Shown: positions 38,607 to 52,022 of the stretch, one piece after another
Numbering within the stretch: position 1 is the first letter of the stretch
Layout of the letters: the number at the start of each line of letters is the position of its first letter
Source of the DNA: Octopus sinensis
Lineage: Eukaryota
DNA length: 64,000 nucleotides
Reading direction: 5' to 3'
NCBI RefSeq assembly: GCF_006345805.1
Contig: NC_043005.1
Coordinates: 10,106,001 to 10,170,000, forward strand
Program-made: the position numbers and the translations under genes
The notes under the pieces: generated by a model
What the model saw: the letters and a program-made list of their open reading frames with translations, nothing else
Databases searched by the model: none
Told to the model about the DNA's origin: nothing

Positions 38607-39508
38607 ATATTTCGGAATGGGGATTTTGCCAGTTTAGCCAATAAAAACACACGCACTATATATTTGGTGTTATTTTGCTTCAGTGTTATTTATTTTTTAC
38701 ATTAATCTTAATCTTATTTCGGCCAGAGTTCTTTCGTCACACTCCTGTGACCGCATCAGTGGTCCTTTGTTTTCTTCTCACTTATTTGTGTCTCTCCTTA
38801 CTAACCGTCAGCCATTTTGTATTTCTATTGTATGTCTTCATTTGCGCATGCTTATATCTCTATGTGCGTCTATGTTTATTTAGTGTGTGTGGGGGGGATG
38901 CCTGTAATATTTGTATCTTCTGTTTATATACATTCTTGTAATTTGTATTTTGTTTTTGTTGTTGTTGCTTTTGTTCTAATTTTGTTCATGTGTTTACATC
39001 CACCCATTATTATCATTACATATGCTTGTATGTATGTATAACAACAATATTAGTAATAATAATAATAAATCTATCTACATACATAGATATATATACATAT
39101 ATATAGTTATTCATTTCTCAGCTACAGCGTGGAAGTCTCATTATCCATTTAAAATAATACTAAACTGTAAGATGCCTTTAAGCATTTAGATAATGCAACT
39201 TTTTTCCTCACACTAGCTGGGACCTGGTCACTGACACCTAATATATAAATGTTTAAATGAAATTAACATCTTTTGTGCGCCTTTGAATGGCTAATACGTG
39301 TAATACACACACGCGCACATACACACATATATAGAAGAAGAGTGCACAAGTGCGCTTCAGAACTCACAACAGCTGTTGTGAGTTTTGACGCCTACTTGTG
39401 TTTTGCTTTTACACATACTCCACACATGGAAGCAAACCTGGATTGGATCTACAGCTTATATTGGATTTGGCACCCATATATACATGTATATGTCAATGCA
39501 TATATATA

Positions 39509-39547
<39 letters not shown>

Positions 39548-39556
39548 TATATATAA

Positions 39557-39589
<33 letters not shown>

Positions 39590-39973
39590 GGCGTAGGAGT
39601 GGCTGTGTAGTAAGTAGTTTGCTTACCAACCAAATGGTTCCGGGTTCAGTCCCACTGCGTGGCAACTTCGGCAAGTGTCTTCTGCTATAGTCTCGGGACG
39701 ACCAAAGCCTTGTGAGAGGATCTGGTAGACGGAAACTGAAAGAAGCCTGTCGTATATATGTATATATGTACGTGTGTTTGTGTGTCTGTGCTTGTCCCCC
39801 CAACATCGCTTGACAACCGATGCTGATGTATTTACGTCCCCGTAACTTAGCGGTTCGGCAAGAGAGACCTAGGCTTACAAAGAATAAGTCCTGGGGTCGA
39901 TTTGCTCAACTAAAGGCGGTGCTCCGGCATGGCCACAGTCAAATGACTGAAACAAGTAAAAGAGTAAAAGAGT
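39590..39973 (+). mobile_element. SINE family A
   Basis: Head-to-tail match with a small internal deletion. Confidence 0.9.
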
Positions 39974-40349
39974 ATATATATGTACATAGATAAATGTGCG
40001 CGCGCGCATTTGTGTGTACGTGCGTGTCTGTGTGTGTGTGTGCGTGCATGTGTGTTTGTGAATATATGCAGTATACTACCATCATTCGGCTGCTAAGATT
40101 TGCTTTACAATACTGTGAGGGCGATACTAAGTACTCAGCCATTCTAATTCGAATGAATCCTGTTACTGATAAATACATAAATGTGTGTGCATGAGTGTGT
40201 GTGTGTATGTGCGTTATTACTTACACAGGCATTTGACGAAATGTTTTGGCTGTTGAGTTAACCGATTAAATTGACATTTATAATTGCATGTAATTTCATC
40301 AGATTAGTCCCGGAAGAATACAACGAGATTTGAACTTCGCAAACATATA

Positions 40350-40520
40350 GGCGCAGGAGTGGCTGTGTGGTAAGTAGCTTGCTAACTAACCACATGGTTC
40401 CTGGTTCAGTCCCACTGCGTGGCATCTTGGGCAAGTGTCTTCTGCTATAGCCCCGGGCCGACCAATGCCTTGTGAGTGGATTTGGTAGACGGAAACTGAA
40501 AGAAGCCTGTCATATATATG

Positions 40521-40553
<33 letters not shown>

Positions 40554-40764
40554 TTGTGTGTCTGTGTTTGTCCCCCTAGCATTGCTTGACAACCGATGCT
40601 GGTGTTTTTACGTCCCCGTCACTTAGCGGTTCGGCAAAAGAGACCGATAGAATAAGTACTGGGCTTACAAGGAATAAGTCCTGGGGTCGATTTGCTCGAC
40701 TAAAGGCGGTGCTCCAGCATGGCCGCAGTCAAATGACTGAAACAAGTAAAAGAGTAAAAGAGTA
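40350..40764 (+). mobile_element. SINE family A
   Basis: Head-to-tail match. Confidence 0.9.
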
Positions 40765-40902
40765 TTTGAAAAGAGTCGTGAATACTGAAAATCATTTTGT
40801 TTGGATAGTTTAACTATTCTGCCACTTTCTTCAAAGCTTGTCATACCAATTTCCGGATAAAGTGTATTGAAGCAAACTGACCACTTTACTGGAACACACT
40901 TT

Positions 40903-41060
40903 AGCAGGAGTAGCTTTGTGGTAAGTAGCTTGCTTACCAACCATATGATTCCGGGTTCAGTCCCACTGCGTGGCACCTTGGGCAAGCGTCTTCTACTATA
41001 TCCTTAGGCCGACCTAAGCCTTATGAGTGGATTAGGTAGACGGAAACTGAAAGAAGCCTG

Positions 41061-41062
<2 letters not shown>
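40903..41062 (+). mobile_element. SINE family A 5' half
   Basis: Head followed by (TA)n and then the palindrome-family element. Confidence 0.8.
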
Positions 41063-41097
<35 letters not shown>

Positions 41098-41290
41098 GTG
41101 TACATTTAAACACATAAGGAATTCACTCATGGGATTCAACCCGCTAGAAAGAACAGCTAGGTTCTATAACCACAAAATTAGGGATAAACTTCGACAGTAA
41201 CGAAATGAAAAAATAAAAACGTTTTACCATCTAATTTCCTGGACCAATTGGTTTCTGATTTTAGTTTAGCAAGTAAATAACTTTTACTTA

Positions 41291-42583
41291 CCACTGGAAG
41301 TTCATTAAGTAATGCCTCTGACCCACTTGCCGTTGATTGATCTAGCTGAGATTTTGCATGTGTAATTATTTATATCTCTATAGATTAAGTGGCAAATTAC
41401 AGCTCCGAACTAATAGTGGTTTCTGATTTACATGTGTTTGAAATGAGTCAAGTGGGAAATGGAGCCTGTTGAGTGTCGAGAAGTGATCCGGTTTTTGTAT
41501 TTGAAATGACGCACGCCACAGGTGACTTTTGATGAAATGAAAATAACTTATGGTGATGATGCCCCATCATATGACGTTGTAAAACGCTGGCATCGTGAAT
41601 TCAAACATGGTCGGAACTCTGTGGAAACAGCTCCCAGATCTGGTCGCACCCCTTCTGCCATTGATGAGGCATCTGTCCGTCAAGTTGAGGCTGCCATTTT
41701 GGAAGATGGACGCATAACTATTCGCCAAATAGCCCATGAGGTCAAGATTAGTACCGGGTCTGTGGAAACTATCATTCATGACCATTTGCATATGCAAAAG
41801 GTGTCTGCCAGATAGATTCCCAGGTTGCTCACGCCTTTCCAGAAGCAAGAACGCGTCGAGTGCTCGAGGATGAATTTAGGGATATGCCAAGAAGATGAGT
41901 CAAAATTTTTCAAAAGACTGATTACACAGGATGAGACCTGGGTCCTTCACCATGATCCAGAGACCAAAGCCCAGTCAATGCAGTGGAAGCACCATGACTT
42001 ACCTCCTCCAAAGAAGGCAAGGGTGCAGCCCTCCGCTGGCAAGGTCATGCTCACAGTCTTCTGGGACCAGGACGGAGTAGTGATGACAGATTTCCTGGCA
42101 AAGGGTACCACAATTACAGGAGCCTATCATGCTTCACTTCTGAGGAAATTAAGAGAAGCTATCAAAACCAAGAGGCGGGGCAAGATCAGCAAAGGCATCC
42201 TCCTCCTGCAGGACAACGCTCCGATCCACAACTCGCGTGTCCCCAGATCAGAAGCACAGGCGTGCGGCTATGAACACTTCCCCCATCCCCCTACTCTCTA
42301 GACCTTGCACCCTCTGATTTTCACCTCTTCCCAGCCATGAAGTTGTTTTTGAAAGGAAAGCGTTTCCCAGATGATGCAGCCTTGATTTCTGAAGTCACGT
42401 CGTGGTTGGAGGACCAAGCTGGGGTCTTCTATGAAAACGGTCTCCAGAGCTGTATCAAACGATGGGAGAAATGCGTAACTCTGGGTTGTTCCTATGCTGA
42501 AAAAGACTAATACCTGTGCCAAGTTTCGTTACTCTACTGCTATTGGAAGTGGGTCAGGGGCATTACTTATTGAACGCCCCTCG
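41291..42583 (+). mobile_element. Near full-length mariner transposon (~1.29 kb)
   Basis: Right end ...CATTACTTATTGAACGCCCCTCG|TA; left end TA|CCACTGGAAGTTCATTAAGTAATGCCTCTGACCCACTT (outer bases mutated); TA flanks. Confidence 0.9.
41459..42510 (+). pseudogene. Mariner D,D34D transposase, inactivated
   Basis: ATG 41459 to TAA 42510; motifs (W)IPRLL, TQDETWV, LQDNA, YSxDLAPSDFHLF with 34 residues between D2 and D3; stops at 41507 (TGA) and 41813 (TAG); 1-bp deletion in the C run near 42290. Confidence 0.92.
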
Positions 42584-43052
42584 TATTTATTGTCTTTGGT
42601 CAGTAAGTGCTATTTCCTATTTGATTCTATCTAGAAATCAAAGGAAACATCTATTGTTCCCTTCAAACTTTACTTTTGAAACTCAGGCATCAATGCTTTG
42701 AAACTCACTTATTTTCCATTAAATTTCAGAAAGATTAAGCAAAGATTCGCTTGTTATTTGCTTGCCCGTAACCACTTGTGCATATTCTTTAGTGGCTGAT
42801 ACGTGCAACTCTGATCATGAGCAGTAGCGGGGGAGCAGCATTGCCATGTGTTGAAAGGGATTATTTGGGGTTTGAATAAATGTAACAAGCGCAATGTTCC
42901 AAGGAAATATTAGCCATTTTTCATACTTTTTAGGGGAAAGCAAATAGGAAAAAAACAGCTGCTATCGAAGGACAAAAATTGTGTTGCACGATGTAATGTG
43001 ATATAAAAATTGAATAAGTGATGAAAAATACGTGACAAGAAAGCAAGATATA

Positions 43053-43464
43053 GGCGCAGGAGTGGCTGTGTGGTAAGTAGCTTGCTAACCAACCACATGG
43101 TTCCGGGTTCAGTCCCACTGCGTGGCATCTTGGGCAAGTGTCTTCTGCTATAGTCCCGGGCCGACCAATGCCTTGTGAGTGGATTTGGTAGACGGAAACT
43201 GAAAGAAGCCTGTCGTATATATGTATATATATATATATATGTGTGTGTGTATATGTTTGTGTGTCTGTGTTTGTCCCCCTAGCATTGATTGACAACCGAT
43301 GCTGGTGTGTTTACGTCCCCGTCACTTAGCAGTTCGGCAAAAGAGACCGATAGAATAAGTACTGGGCTTACAAAGAATAAGTCCCGGGGTCGATTTGCTC
43401 GACTAAAGGCGGTGCTCCAGCATGGCCGCAGTCAAATGACTGAAACAAGTAAAAGAGAAAAGAG

Positions 43465-43468
<4 letters not shown>
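43053..43468 (+). mobile_element. SINE family A
   Basis: Head-to-tail match. Confidence 0.9.
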
Positions 43469-43499
<31 letters not shown>

Positions 43500-43679
43500 T
43501 GAGGGAGTGGAACAGGTAAAATCCAGGCTACATATGTGCCTTAGCCAACTGACCTTAAGATGTAGTAAATACTCAACGGAGAGTTCTCAATCTTAGGTAG
43601 TCGTCAAGCCGAGAATACCGTAATTGCATAAAGGTTACCCTGTCCTATGGAATACCCACTTTTAGACCCCTGGACCATA

Positions 43680-44228
43680 GCCTTAAAATTTTGTATGTAT
43701 AAAATATTTTAATCTTCGGACTTTTTTAATATGCTAGGCCACTGGTTTTAATTTATTAATATCAATTTCTACCCTTATTCAATTTTAAATAATAATAAAA
43801 AATGTTCTCTAACCGGTAAATTGACTGCTGTAATTTATTAACTGCAGAGTAATTTCCGATCTCAGTGCGCCAAAGTGAAGGCATTTGAAAGATACACATA
43901 AATATAATTTGTTGAACTCTATGCATGCGGGATTTCGGTCAAGCATTCTATATCTAGTTCTGGAAATTGTATTTGCAAACGACAGACTATGCTGATGATC
44001 TTGCAGATGCTCGCGTATACATATACGTGAATATTAACAAGTGAAACAAATTAGTACATAGGTAATCGTTTTTTATTTCGCATATTTTCATTTGTCTTGC
44101 TTATTTTTTACACTTTGGTTTTTTGCTGAGTTTTTTCTTGAGGACACATTCTTCGTGTAAAATAGCGATTTTGACGTCTATATCTAGCATATTGACTATC
44201 CAATTTTAGCGGTCAGTCCTTTAAATTT

Positions 44229-44235
<7 letters not shown>
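43680..44235. mobile_element. Fragments of the element family that forms the 200-bp palindrome at 49983
   Basis: 43700-43790 is a diverged reverse complement of 49900-49985; 44160-44232 is a diverged match to the palindrome arm (GACGTCTATATCTAGCAT). Confidence 0.6.
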
Positions 44236-44267
<32 letters not shown>

Positions 44268-44313
44268 ATAGAAATGGCAAGACAACAAAAGAATGAAAGA
44301 GGCCTAGATATTA

Positions 44314-44515
44314 TGTAAATATTATATGTGATAAGTATTCGGTAGCCATGATAAAACTCCGAGTTTAGGATGTCGGGGCGGAAATCATTTTTCATAGCAT
44401 TTTTTTTTTTCGATGGTCCAATAACTGAAGAGATGCCGTCGTGGTTTTCCGCCCCGACATCCGAAACTCGGAGTTTTATCATGGGTACCGAATAATTGTT
44501 ACATATTATATTTAC

Positions 44516-44516
<1 letters not shown>
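44314..44516. repeat. Inverted repeat, 71-bp arms, in a (TA)n context
   Basis: 44314-44384 vs 44446-44516, about 6 mismatches. Confidence 0.9.
44418..44484 (+). ncRNA. Type I hammerhead ribozyme candidate (non-canonical)
   Basis: Stem I ATAA/TTAT; CTGAAGA 44425-44431; stem II GATGCCG/CGACATC; one extra C before GAAA (44463-44466); near-palindromic stem III ACTCGGAGT; GUU triplet. Confidence 0.4.
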
Positions 44517-44565
<49 letters not shown>

Positions 44566-44567
<2 letters not shown>

Positions 44568-44955
44568 TTTTATCTTTTATTTGTTTCAGTCATTTGACTA
44601 GGGCCATCGTGCGTGAAGCACCGACTTTTACTCGAAGAAATCGACCGCTGGACTTATTCTCTGTAAGCCTAGTACTTATTCTATCGGTTACTTCTGCAGA
44701 ACCGCTAAGTTACAGTAACGTAAACACACCTCATCGGTTGTCAAGCGATAGTGGTGGGTGGGGGACAAACACAGAAACACATAAATATATACATATATAC
44801 GGTAGGCTTCTTTCAGTTTCCGTGTACCAAATCCGTTCACAAAGCTTTGGTCGGCCTGAGGTTATAGTAGATGACACTTGCCCAAGGTGCCACGCTGTGA
44901 GACTGAGCCCAGAACCATGTGGTTGGGAAGCAAGCTTCTTACTACATAGACACAC
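44566..44955 (-). mobile_element. SINE family A (diverged)
   Basis: Tail-to-head match. Confidence 0.8.
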
Positions 44956-44959
44956 CAGA

Positions 44960-45110
44960 CAACTAAATCCACAAGTTTTTCATTTTCTCTTATTCCTTTC
45001 TGCTGAAGAGCGTAGGCTCGAAACGTAAAAGACTTTTTCACTTTCCCGAGCGTCAAACTAATACAATTGCTTGTTGTTCATACAGTTGTCTTCGTGTTTG
45101 TGTTTCAACT
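44960..45110 (+). mobile_element. Short element with a degenerate hammerhead (core CTGCTGA)
   Basis: CTTT-CTGCTGA-A-GAGC-GTAG-GCTC-GAAA-CGTA-AAAG at 44996-45031. Confidence 0.55.
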
Positions 45111-45136
45111 ACATATATGTGTATATATGTGTGTGC

Positions 45137-45207
<71 letters not shown>

Positions 45208-45222
45208 AAGATAGATAGATAG

Positions 45223-45286
<64 letters not shown>

Positions 45287-46034
45287 CAGATATATATATA
45301 TATATATATATGTATATACATATATATATATTCATATATACATATATACACACATATATATATATATATACATGTATACATTCATATATATAGACATTTA
45401 TATATATGTTTATATAACATTTTATATATATTATTCTATGTATGTATATAAAAATAGAGAGTAATTGATTAGATTCTGCAAATGAGCCTGAAAGCACTAT
45501 CTTGCATTTTTGTCTACCCAGATTATCCGAAAAAAGACATTTCAGGTTTTATCCAACTGATGAAATCAGCAGTTAATCTAGTGATAAAACAGTTTGTTCA
45601 CTGGTGTAGGGCATCCTGCTAATTTATGTGTTTCATCAAAAAAAAAATAATAATAATTAGTATTACATTTTCGTGGTTTAATATTTAGTAAAAAAAAAAA
45701 TAAATAAACCGAATGGTTACTTAGAGGCATCACATCACGCGTTTCAATAGTTGGTTTATTCCAAATACTAATACGTCTTATTAGTTAATAAGTAACATTA
45801 TGTAAGTTCGTATTGTTACATAACAACCGTATCACCTTAAGAGATCGGTGTAATGTAACAATGCGAATTCACATAATATTATGAATTCGGTTAATCAATG
45901 TACTCGTACATGGAATACACACGCTATTAAAACACGAGTAGTGATGCCCTGAAATTTTATCTGGTTTATTCTACTTTACAACAAACACACACTCAAATAT
46001 GTATGTATGTATATATATATATATATATATATAG

Positions 46035-46068
<34 letters not shown>

Positions 46069-46150
46069 ATATGTACACACACACACATATTGTTTTACCT
46101 ATAGGCATACAATTCTCCTGCTGCTAAATGTTTATCATGTATATATATGC

Positions 46151-46184
<34 letters not shown>

Positions 46185-46989
46185 ATACATAACCAAACAC
46201 CGTGATATCACCAGAGTAATATAAGTGTCTGTGTGTGCGTGTCTCTGTGTGTATGTATATATATATGTGTGCATGTATATATGTTTGTATGTATGTATGA
46301 ATGTTTGTATGTATGTACGAATATGTGTATGTATGTACGAATGTGTGTATTTATGCGCATGTATTCATACATATATATATTTAAATACATTTTTTATATA
46401 TTGTTGAAAATTTTATATTGTGATTAAATTACTTGCTTATTTTATCGAAATTTGATGAGTGTGCAATAATCACTAATTAAAATATCCCTCAGTTAACATA
46501 CCTAAGTCTACTCAGCATATAGAGAAATATTATTTCACATCTCATAAATACATTTTTTAATGATAATTAAAGATTTCTGAAAAAAGAAAAACGCGAGGAC
46601 AAATATTTACTAGTGTTATATTATTTTTATCTCACAAAGTAACAAAAAAAATGAAGTTGATAAACGCGGAATTTGAATCCAGAATATGAAGAGTCGTGAC
46701 AAAATACCACAGGATATTTATCCGACTGTCCATTCAACAGTTTTAAAATAATATTCGTCTATAACAGGCAAAAAGCTACAAATTTGGAGAAGGCCAGTCG
46801 TATAAATTGACATAAAATGATAAAAGATAAATCTAACTTAGTGATATATGAATACAAATTGTAAAGGACGTGACTGAATTAACAATAGTAATGACGAATT
46901 GTGCTGTCACTCTCTCTCTCCACTCTCTCTATCTCTGTCTCTGTCTCTATCTACCTATATATCTATCTCTATCTATTTATCTATCTCAC

Positions 46990-47041
<52 letters not shown>

Positions 47042-47209
47042 CAATGTTTGGAACTGGTTCAAACCAAATTCAGTAATACTGGAATTCCAATAACTACAGA
47101 CAAATTGAATTTTCCATTAACCCAACAATGTTAAAACTAGAGTTTCTATAACTCAATCATTCGTATTTATCTAAAAATATGCTTTGCGTTCAGACGAAAC
47201 ATTATTCAC

Positions 47210-47870
47210 ACGGCGTAGTTGATAGTAAAACACTTGAACGAACTCTCTTCTAGAAGAGTTCTCAGCTGTCTTTGATTCCTTCTCAAAATCATCATCGTCA
47301 TAGAAGCATAATTAACGACAGGACCAAATTACTTTCCAAGCAAAAATGCATCCCTTTGCTTTTTGCACATTTCTTCGAGATCATACATTTGTATTTATAT
47401 AACTTTATCATCGTGCTATTTCGTAAAAGGATGTCTTCAGTAACGGACACCAATTGTCGCCTTTTATTGCTTTTTCTTTGCAATTAATATCGTACACGTT
47501 AGGATTCGAGTTTGGATATCGCTTCGTCTTTTCCACTTTTGTTTTCTTCTTTTTTGTTTTTTGCCAGTGACATATTTTCTCTACCTCGTATTACCACTTT
47601 TCTTTCTCTCTAATGTTCATGGTACATGGTGTTCAAAAGGTCTCTCCGCAGGGAATTTTTTTCTCCAAGGTTTATTTCAAAACATGTGTAGAAGAATCAA
47701 CTTATGTACTGAAAATGAAGGTCGACACTTTCAACACCTCTTATAAAGATTTTTAAAGACTTGTGAAGTCTAATATATTCTTTTGTAGTCTTATGCCATC
47801 TTATAAATATTTATTTTGCAATATGATACTTGCTGCGGAGAGACTTTTTAATATCCTGTATATCTACGAG
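47210..47870 (-). pseudogene. Possible remnant of the unidentified protein family
   Basis: KEYIRL, YDINCKEKAIKGDNWCPLLK and QRDAFLLGK*FGPVVNY resemble KRYIRL / FCPLEK (9.5 kb) and AILYKRHF*FVAEY (60.9 kb); multiple stops and frameshifts. Confidence 0.25.
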
Positions 47871-48277
47871 TACTATCACAAAAATGAAAGTTTTATACGA
47901 TAAGCACGGCTAATTATAACATTTAACAGTACATTGTTCGTGAAAATAAAATATTTTACAGTCTTCTGGAATCCGATATATGTATGAGTACTTTTACAGA
48001 AAAAGGATTCCTTGTCAGAAAAATAACGCACCTTAACCATTTAGCATTCAGATTAGAGCTAATCATGCATCATTTCGTAGCATTGAGAATTTGATACTGT
48101 GATTATTAATGTTTTTTGATTAACATTATAGAGTAAGTGTGATAGGTTGGATTTGGCTAGCTCGAACATAAAACAGGTGGAATATTTGGATCAGATCTGG
48201 TCGGTTTAAATGTTAAAGGGTTAAGTCGCCTGCAAGCACGAAAGATTATTTTCCATACAAATATATTGTATATTGTA

Positions 48278-48790
48278 CTAGCAGTATCGCCCGGTGTTGC
48301 TCGGGTTTGTAAGGGAAATAACTATATAAGCATTTTTAGAGAGTTACTTCCCTTATAGATGCCAATTCGGGCTTTCTTAGCCATTTCTGTTTTGGTGTCT
48401 TCAAGCCATGAAGTTGTTGTTCTAAAAGAACGCTGGTCTCCTTGACAACGCTTTACGACGTTGATTTCCTTACACTCCATTCCCCACAGCTTCACGAGGG
48501 AGGGAAGAAGGGGGAGAAGCAAACAGGTGCAGCTGTGAGCGTAGACGCCAACTCCGCCGCCATCGACACACGAAAAATTATGCATTAAAATGGAATAAAA
48601 AATGATGTTAAATTATTTTAAAAATCGTAGACTCATCGTAGACGCGCGCTAATACTCAGACGGGCTCGATATGAATCACGACTATAAGATACCCGGTTTT
48701 GGTTAAACTGCACCGCAAAATGTGGGAGTAGTTAGGAATCTAAATCGAAGGGGACAGACACTCACACAACTACAGTTTTATATATATAGA
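48278..48790 (-). mobile_element. Non-autonomous Helitron
   Basis: Minus strand A|TCTATATATA ... hairpin CCCGAGCAACACCGGG ... CTAG|T: 5' TC, 3' CTAG, A/T target, subterminal hairpin. Confidence 0.85.
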
Positions 48791-49867
48791 TATTAGCATT
48801 TAGAATTAATGCTGGAGGAAAAGAGACACAGATAGAAATGTTGTTTAATTCCAGTTTATTACTTGACTGAGCAAAACGAGGATGAAATATATTCCAACTG
48901 TGACTTTATTGTTCTTCTTTAGATGAGATATTAAGGCACCCCAGACTCGAAGAATCTGTAAAGGTCATGGACACTGCTCCTTCCTCCAGATTCACCGAAA
49001 AAAAAAAGAAGAATTTTCAGAGATTAATTTTAAATCATTTTTTCTTTGAGAATCACAAACAATTCTTGTTGGGATTATGTTTTCTTTCACCATTTAAATG
49101 GCAAATTTTAACTAATACAGAATTTTTTGGTGTATGTCATTCAGTGGAACTCTTAACATATTTATATAAATTATGCCATTGGCTGACTTGAGTTATTTCC
49201 CCTTTGTTCATTTTACTATTTGATGGTAGATACTATTATTTGTTACATTAAGTAACTATTTTTAATAATTTTTAAATGATGGATTGTTGTTGATGCTTTT
49301 GTTCTTACAAACTTTTCGAGTTTACTTCATTAATGTTTTTCAATGGTTGATAGTGTTATTTGTTTCAGATTTTAATTATTCTGGGATAATTTCTGGGAAG
49401 AGCGGCTGAAAGAAAAATGGGGAGCAGGGAACAGAAGGAGAAAGATAAAGGTTTAATTCTTATTGATTAGTATTGATTAATGCGTTTTAAGATACAAAAC
49501 AACATGTGGAAATGGGCGATTGATACTAACAAGTCATTGGCTTAGCGCTATCAGTAGGTGATGACCTTATGTCCTCCAAGCTGAGTCATCATGCTTTTCT
49601 TCACGTCTCTAATTGACATAGTTGTGTAGCCGTGTAAATAATAGTCTAACAATAGTCTTTTCATTCGCTATTTGATACTTTTATTGCATTTCTCCCGATA
49701 TAACTGAGCGAAACGTAAACAATTTAGAATGCAGGTCACTATCCATTTCCATCTAGGGAGTTGCTTGATTGATCGAAAGAGTGATACCTCGTTTTGATTC
49801 ACGTTTGTCACTCATTCAGACCAACTCCATTTTTGCAAGCCAACAGAATTTTCTCTCTCTCTCTCTT

Positions 49868-49909
<42 letters not shown>

Positions 49910-49982
49910 TAAGGGTAGAAATCAATATTTATCAATTAAAACCAGTGGTCTAACATATTAAAAAATCCGAAGATTAAATATT

Positions 49983-50182
49983 TATATATACCAATTAAGG
50001 ACTGAACACGAAAAAGTGGACAGTCAACATGCTAGATATAGACGTCAAATCGCCATTCTCCACAAAAGATTATGTTCTCAGATCTGAGAACATAATCTTT
50101 TGTGGAGAATGGCGATTTGACGTCTATATCTAGCATGTTGACTGTCCACTTTTTCGTGTTCAGTCCTTAATTGGTATATATA
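49983..50182. repeat. 200-bp perfect spacerless palindrome
   Basis: Arms identical base for base around CAGA|TCTG (50082/50083); the ends run into (TA)n. Confidence 0.95.
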
Positions 50183-50193
50183 TATATATATAT

Positions 50194-50225
<32 letters not shown>

Positions 50226-50348
50226 TTGTATGTATATGCACGCGCCCATGTGTATAACTATATAAATATAAGTATGGTTATACACATATATAGATAAGTT
50301 TGTACATGTGCAAGAAGACATTATATATATATATATGTATGTACGTAC

Positions 50349-50379
<31 letters not shown>

Positions 50380-51223
50380 TGTATGTATGCATGTATGTAT
50401 GTATGTATGTATGTATGTATGTGTATGTATGTATGTATGTATGTATGTATGTGTGTGTGTGTATGTATGAATGCTTATTTATGTATGTGTGTATGTATGT
50501 ATGTATGTATGTATGTATACACAGACACGCTTTGTCTCTATAAGGTTTCATAACAACAGGCATAACCAAACACGGATATATTTGTGATTAGATAACATTT
50601 AAACATCCTCCTTCTATCACTCCTTTACATGCACGCTTCCACAAAGACATGTAAGCACACACACACACGAACACACACGTAGACACGTGTGTGTGTGTGT
50701 GTGTGTGGTGTGTGTGTGTGTGTGTGTGTGTACGTGTATGCGTGCGTCTGTGTGCGCGCACGTGTGTGTACAGCTGTATGAATATGTGTGTGTACACATA
50801 TATAGGTCTGAAATTTTCAGCGGTTGTAAACATATGTCTAAGTACATTTTGAAGAACTGGAAAATACCACCTATATCTGATTAACTTGTTGATATCGTTC
50901 CAGCATTATAATTTAAAGACTAAGGAAGATAAATCTGTTATTTTTTTTACATTTTACACTTTACTTTTACCGTTTCCGTTTTTTAACCTTCCACGTTTTT
51001 CTCGTTTCTTCTCTCATTCAGTTTCTTGCTCGTTATGAGGATATGTGGTTTATGCCTGATGTATATATGCTTGACGTATTTGAAGCTATTAGTCGCACAT
51101 AAAATAATTGTATTGTATCTATTAGATAATATCTGTCTCTTACCAGATGCAGTTTGTTGTTGATCTTACCATCATGGAACAATACGTTATATATATGTAT
51201 ATATATGTGTGTGTGTGTGTGTA

Positions 51224-51384
51224 GGCGCAGGAGTGGCTGTGTGGTAAGTAGCTTCCTTACCAACCACATGGTTCCGGGTTCAGTCCCAGTGCGTAGCACC
51301 TTAGGCAAGTGTCTTCTACTAAAGCCACGGGCCGACCAAAGCCTTGTGAGTGGATTTGGTAGACGGAAACTGAAAGAAGGCCCT

Positions 51385-51442
<58 letters not shown>

Positions 51443-51658
51443 GTTGTATGTGTTTGTGTGTTTGTGTTTGTCCTCCTAACAACGCTTGACAACTGATGCT
51501 GGAATGTTTTGCGTCCCCGTAACTAGCGGATCGGCAAAAAAGACCGATAGAATAAGTACTAGGCTTACAAAGAATAAGTCTTCGGGTTGATTTCCTAAAG
51601 GCGGTGATCCAGCATGGCCGCCGTCAAATGACTGAAACAAGTAAAAGAGAAAAGAGTA
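51224..51658 (+). mobile_element. SINE family A
   Basis: Head-to-tail match. Confidence 0.9.
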
Positions 51659-51988
51659 TAACAAATGAAGAAACAAGTCTGGACAGAGAATAATACGCCT
51701 TCCATGTTCAGCTGAAATAGGAAGAAATAACCACAAGTTAGGAGAATAGCCGATGGTCACGTTGGGGGGGGGGGCACGTGAGTAAAGGAGGAAGAGTGAC
51801 AGACAGAGAACTCTGAAGGGGGAGGAAAAGATTTGGAGACAGGATAAGATAAAAAAGAGAGAGAAGGAGAAGGGGAAGCAAAAGAAAGGAAGAGAGAAAA
51901 CGAAAGAGTAGAAGGATAGAATAGTGGGAGAAGAGGATGCAAAAGGACACACACACACACGCACACGCACGCACACACACAAACACAC

Positions 51989-52022
<34 letters not shown>

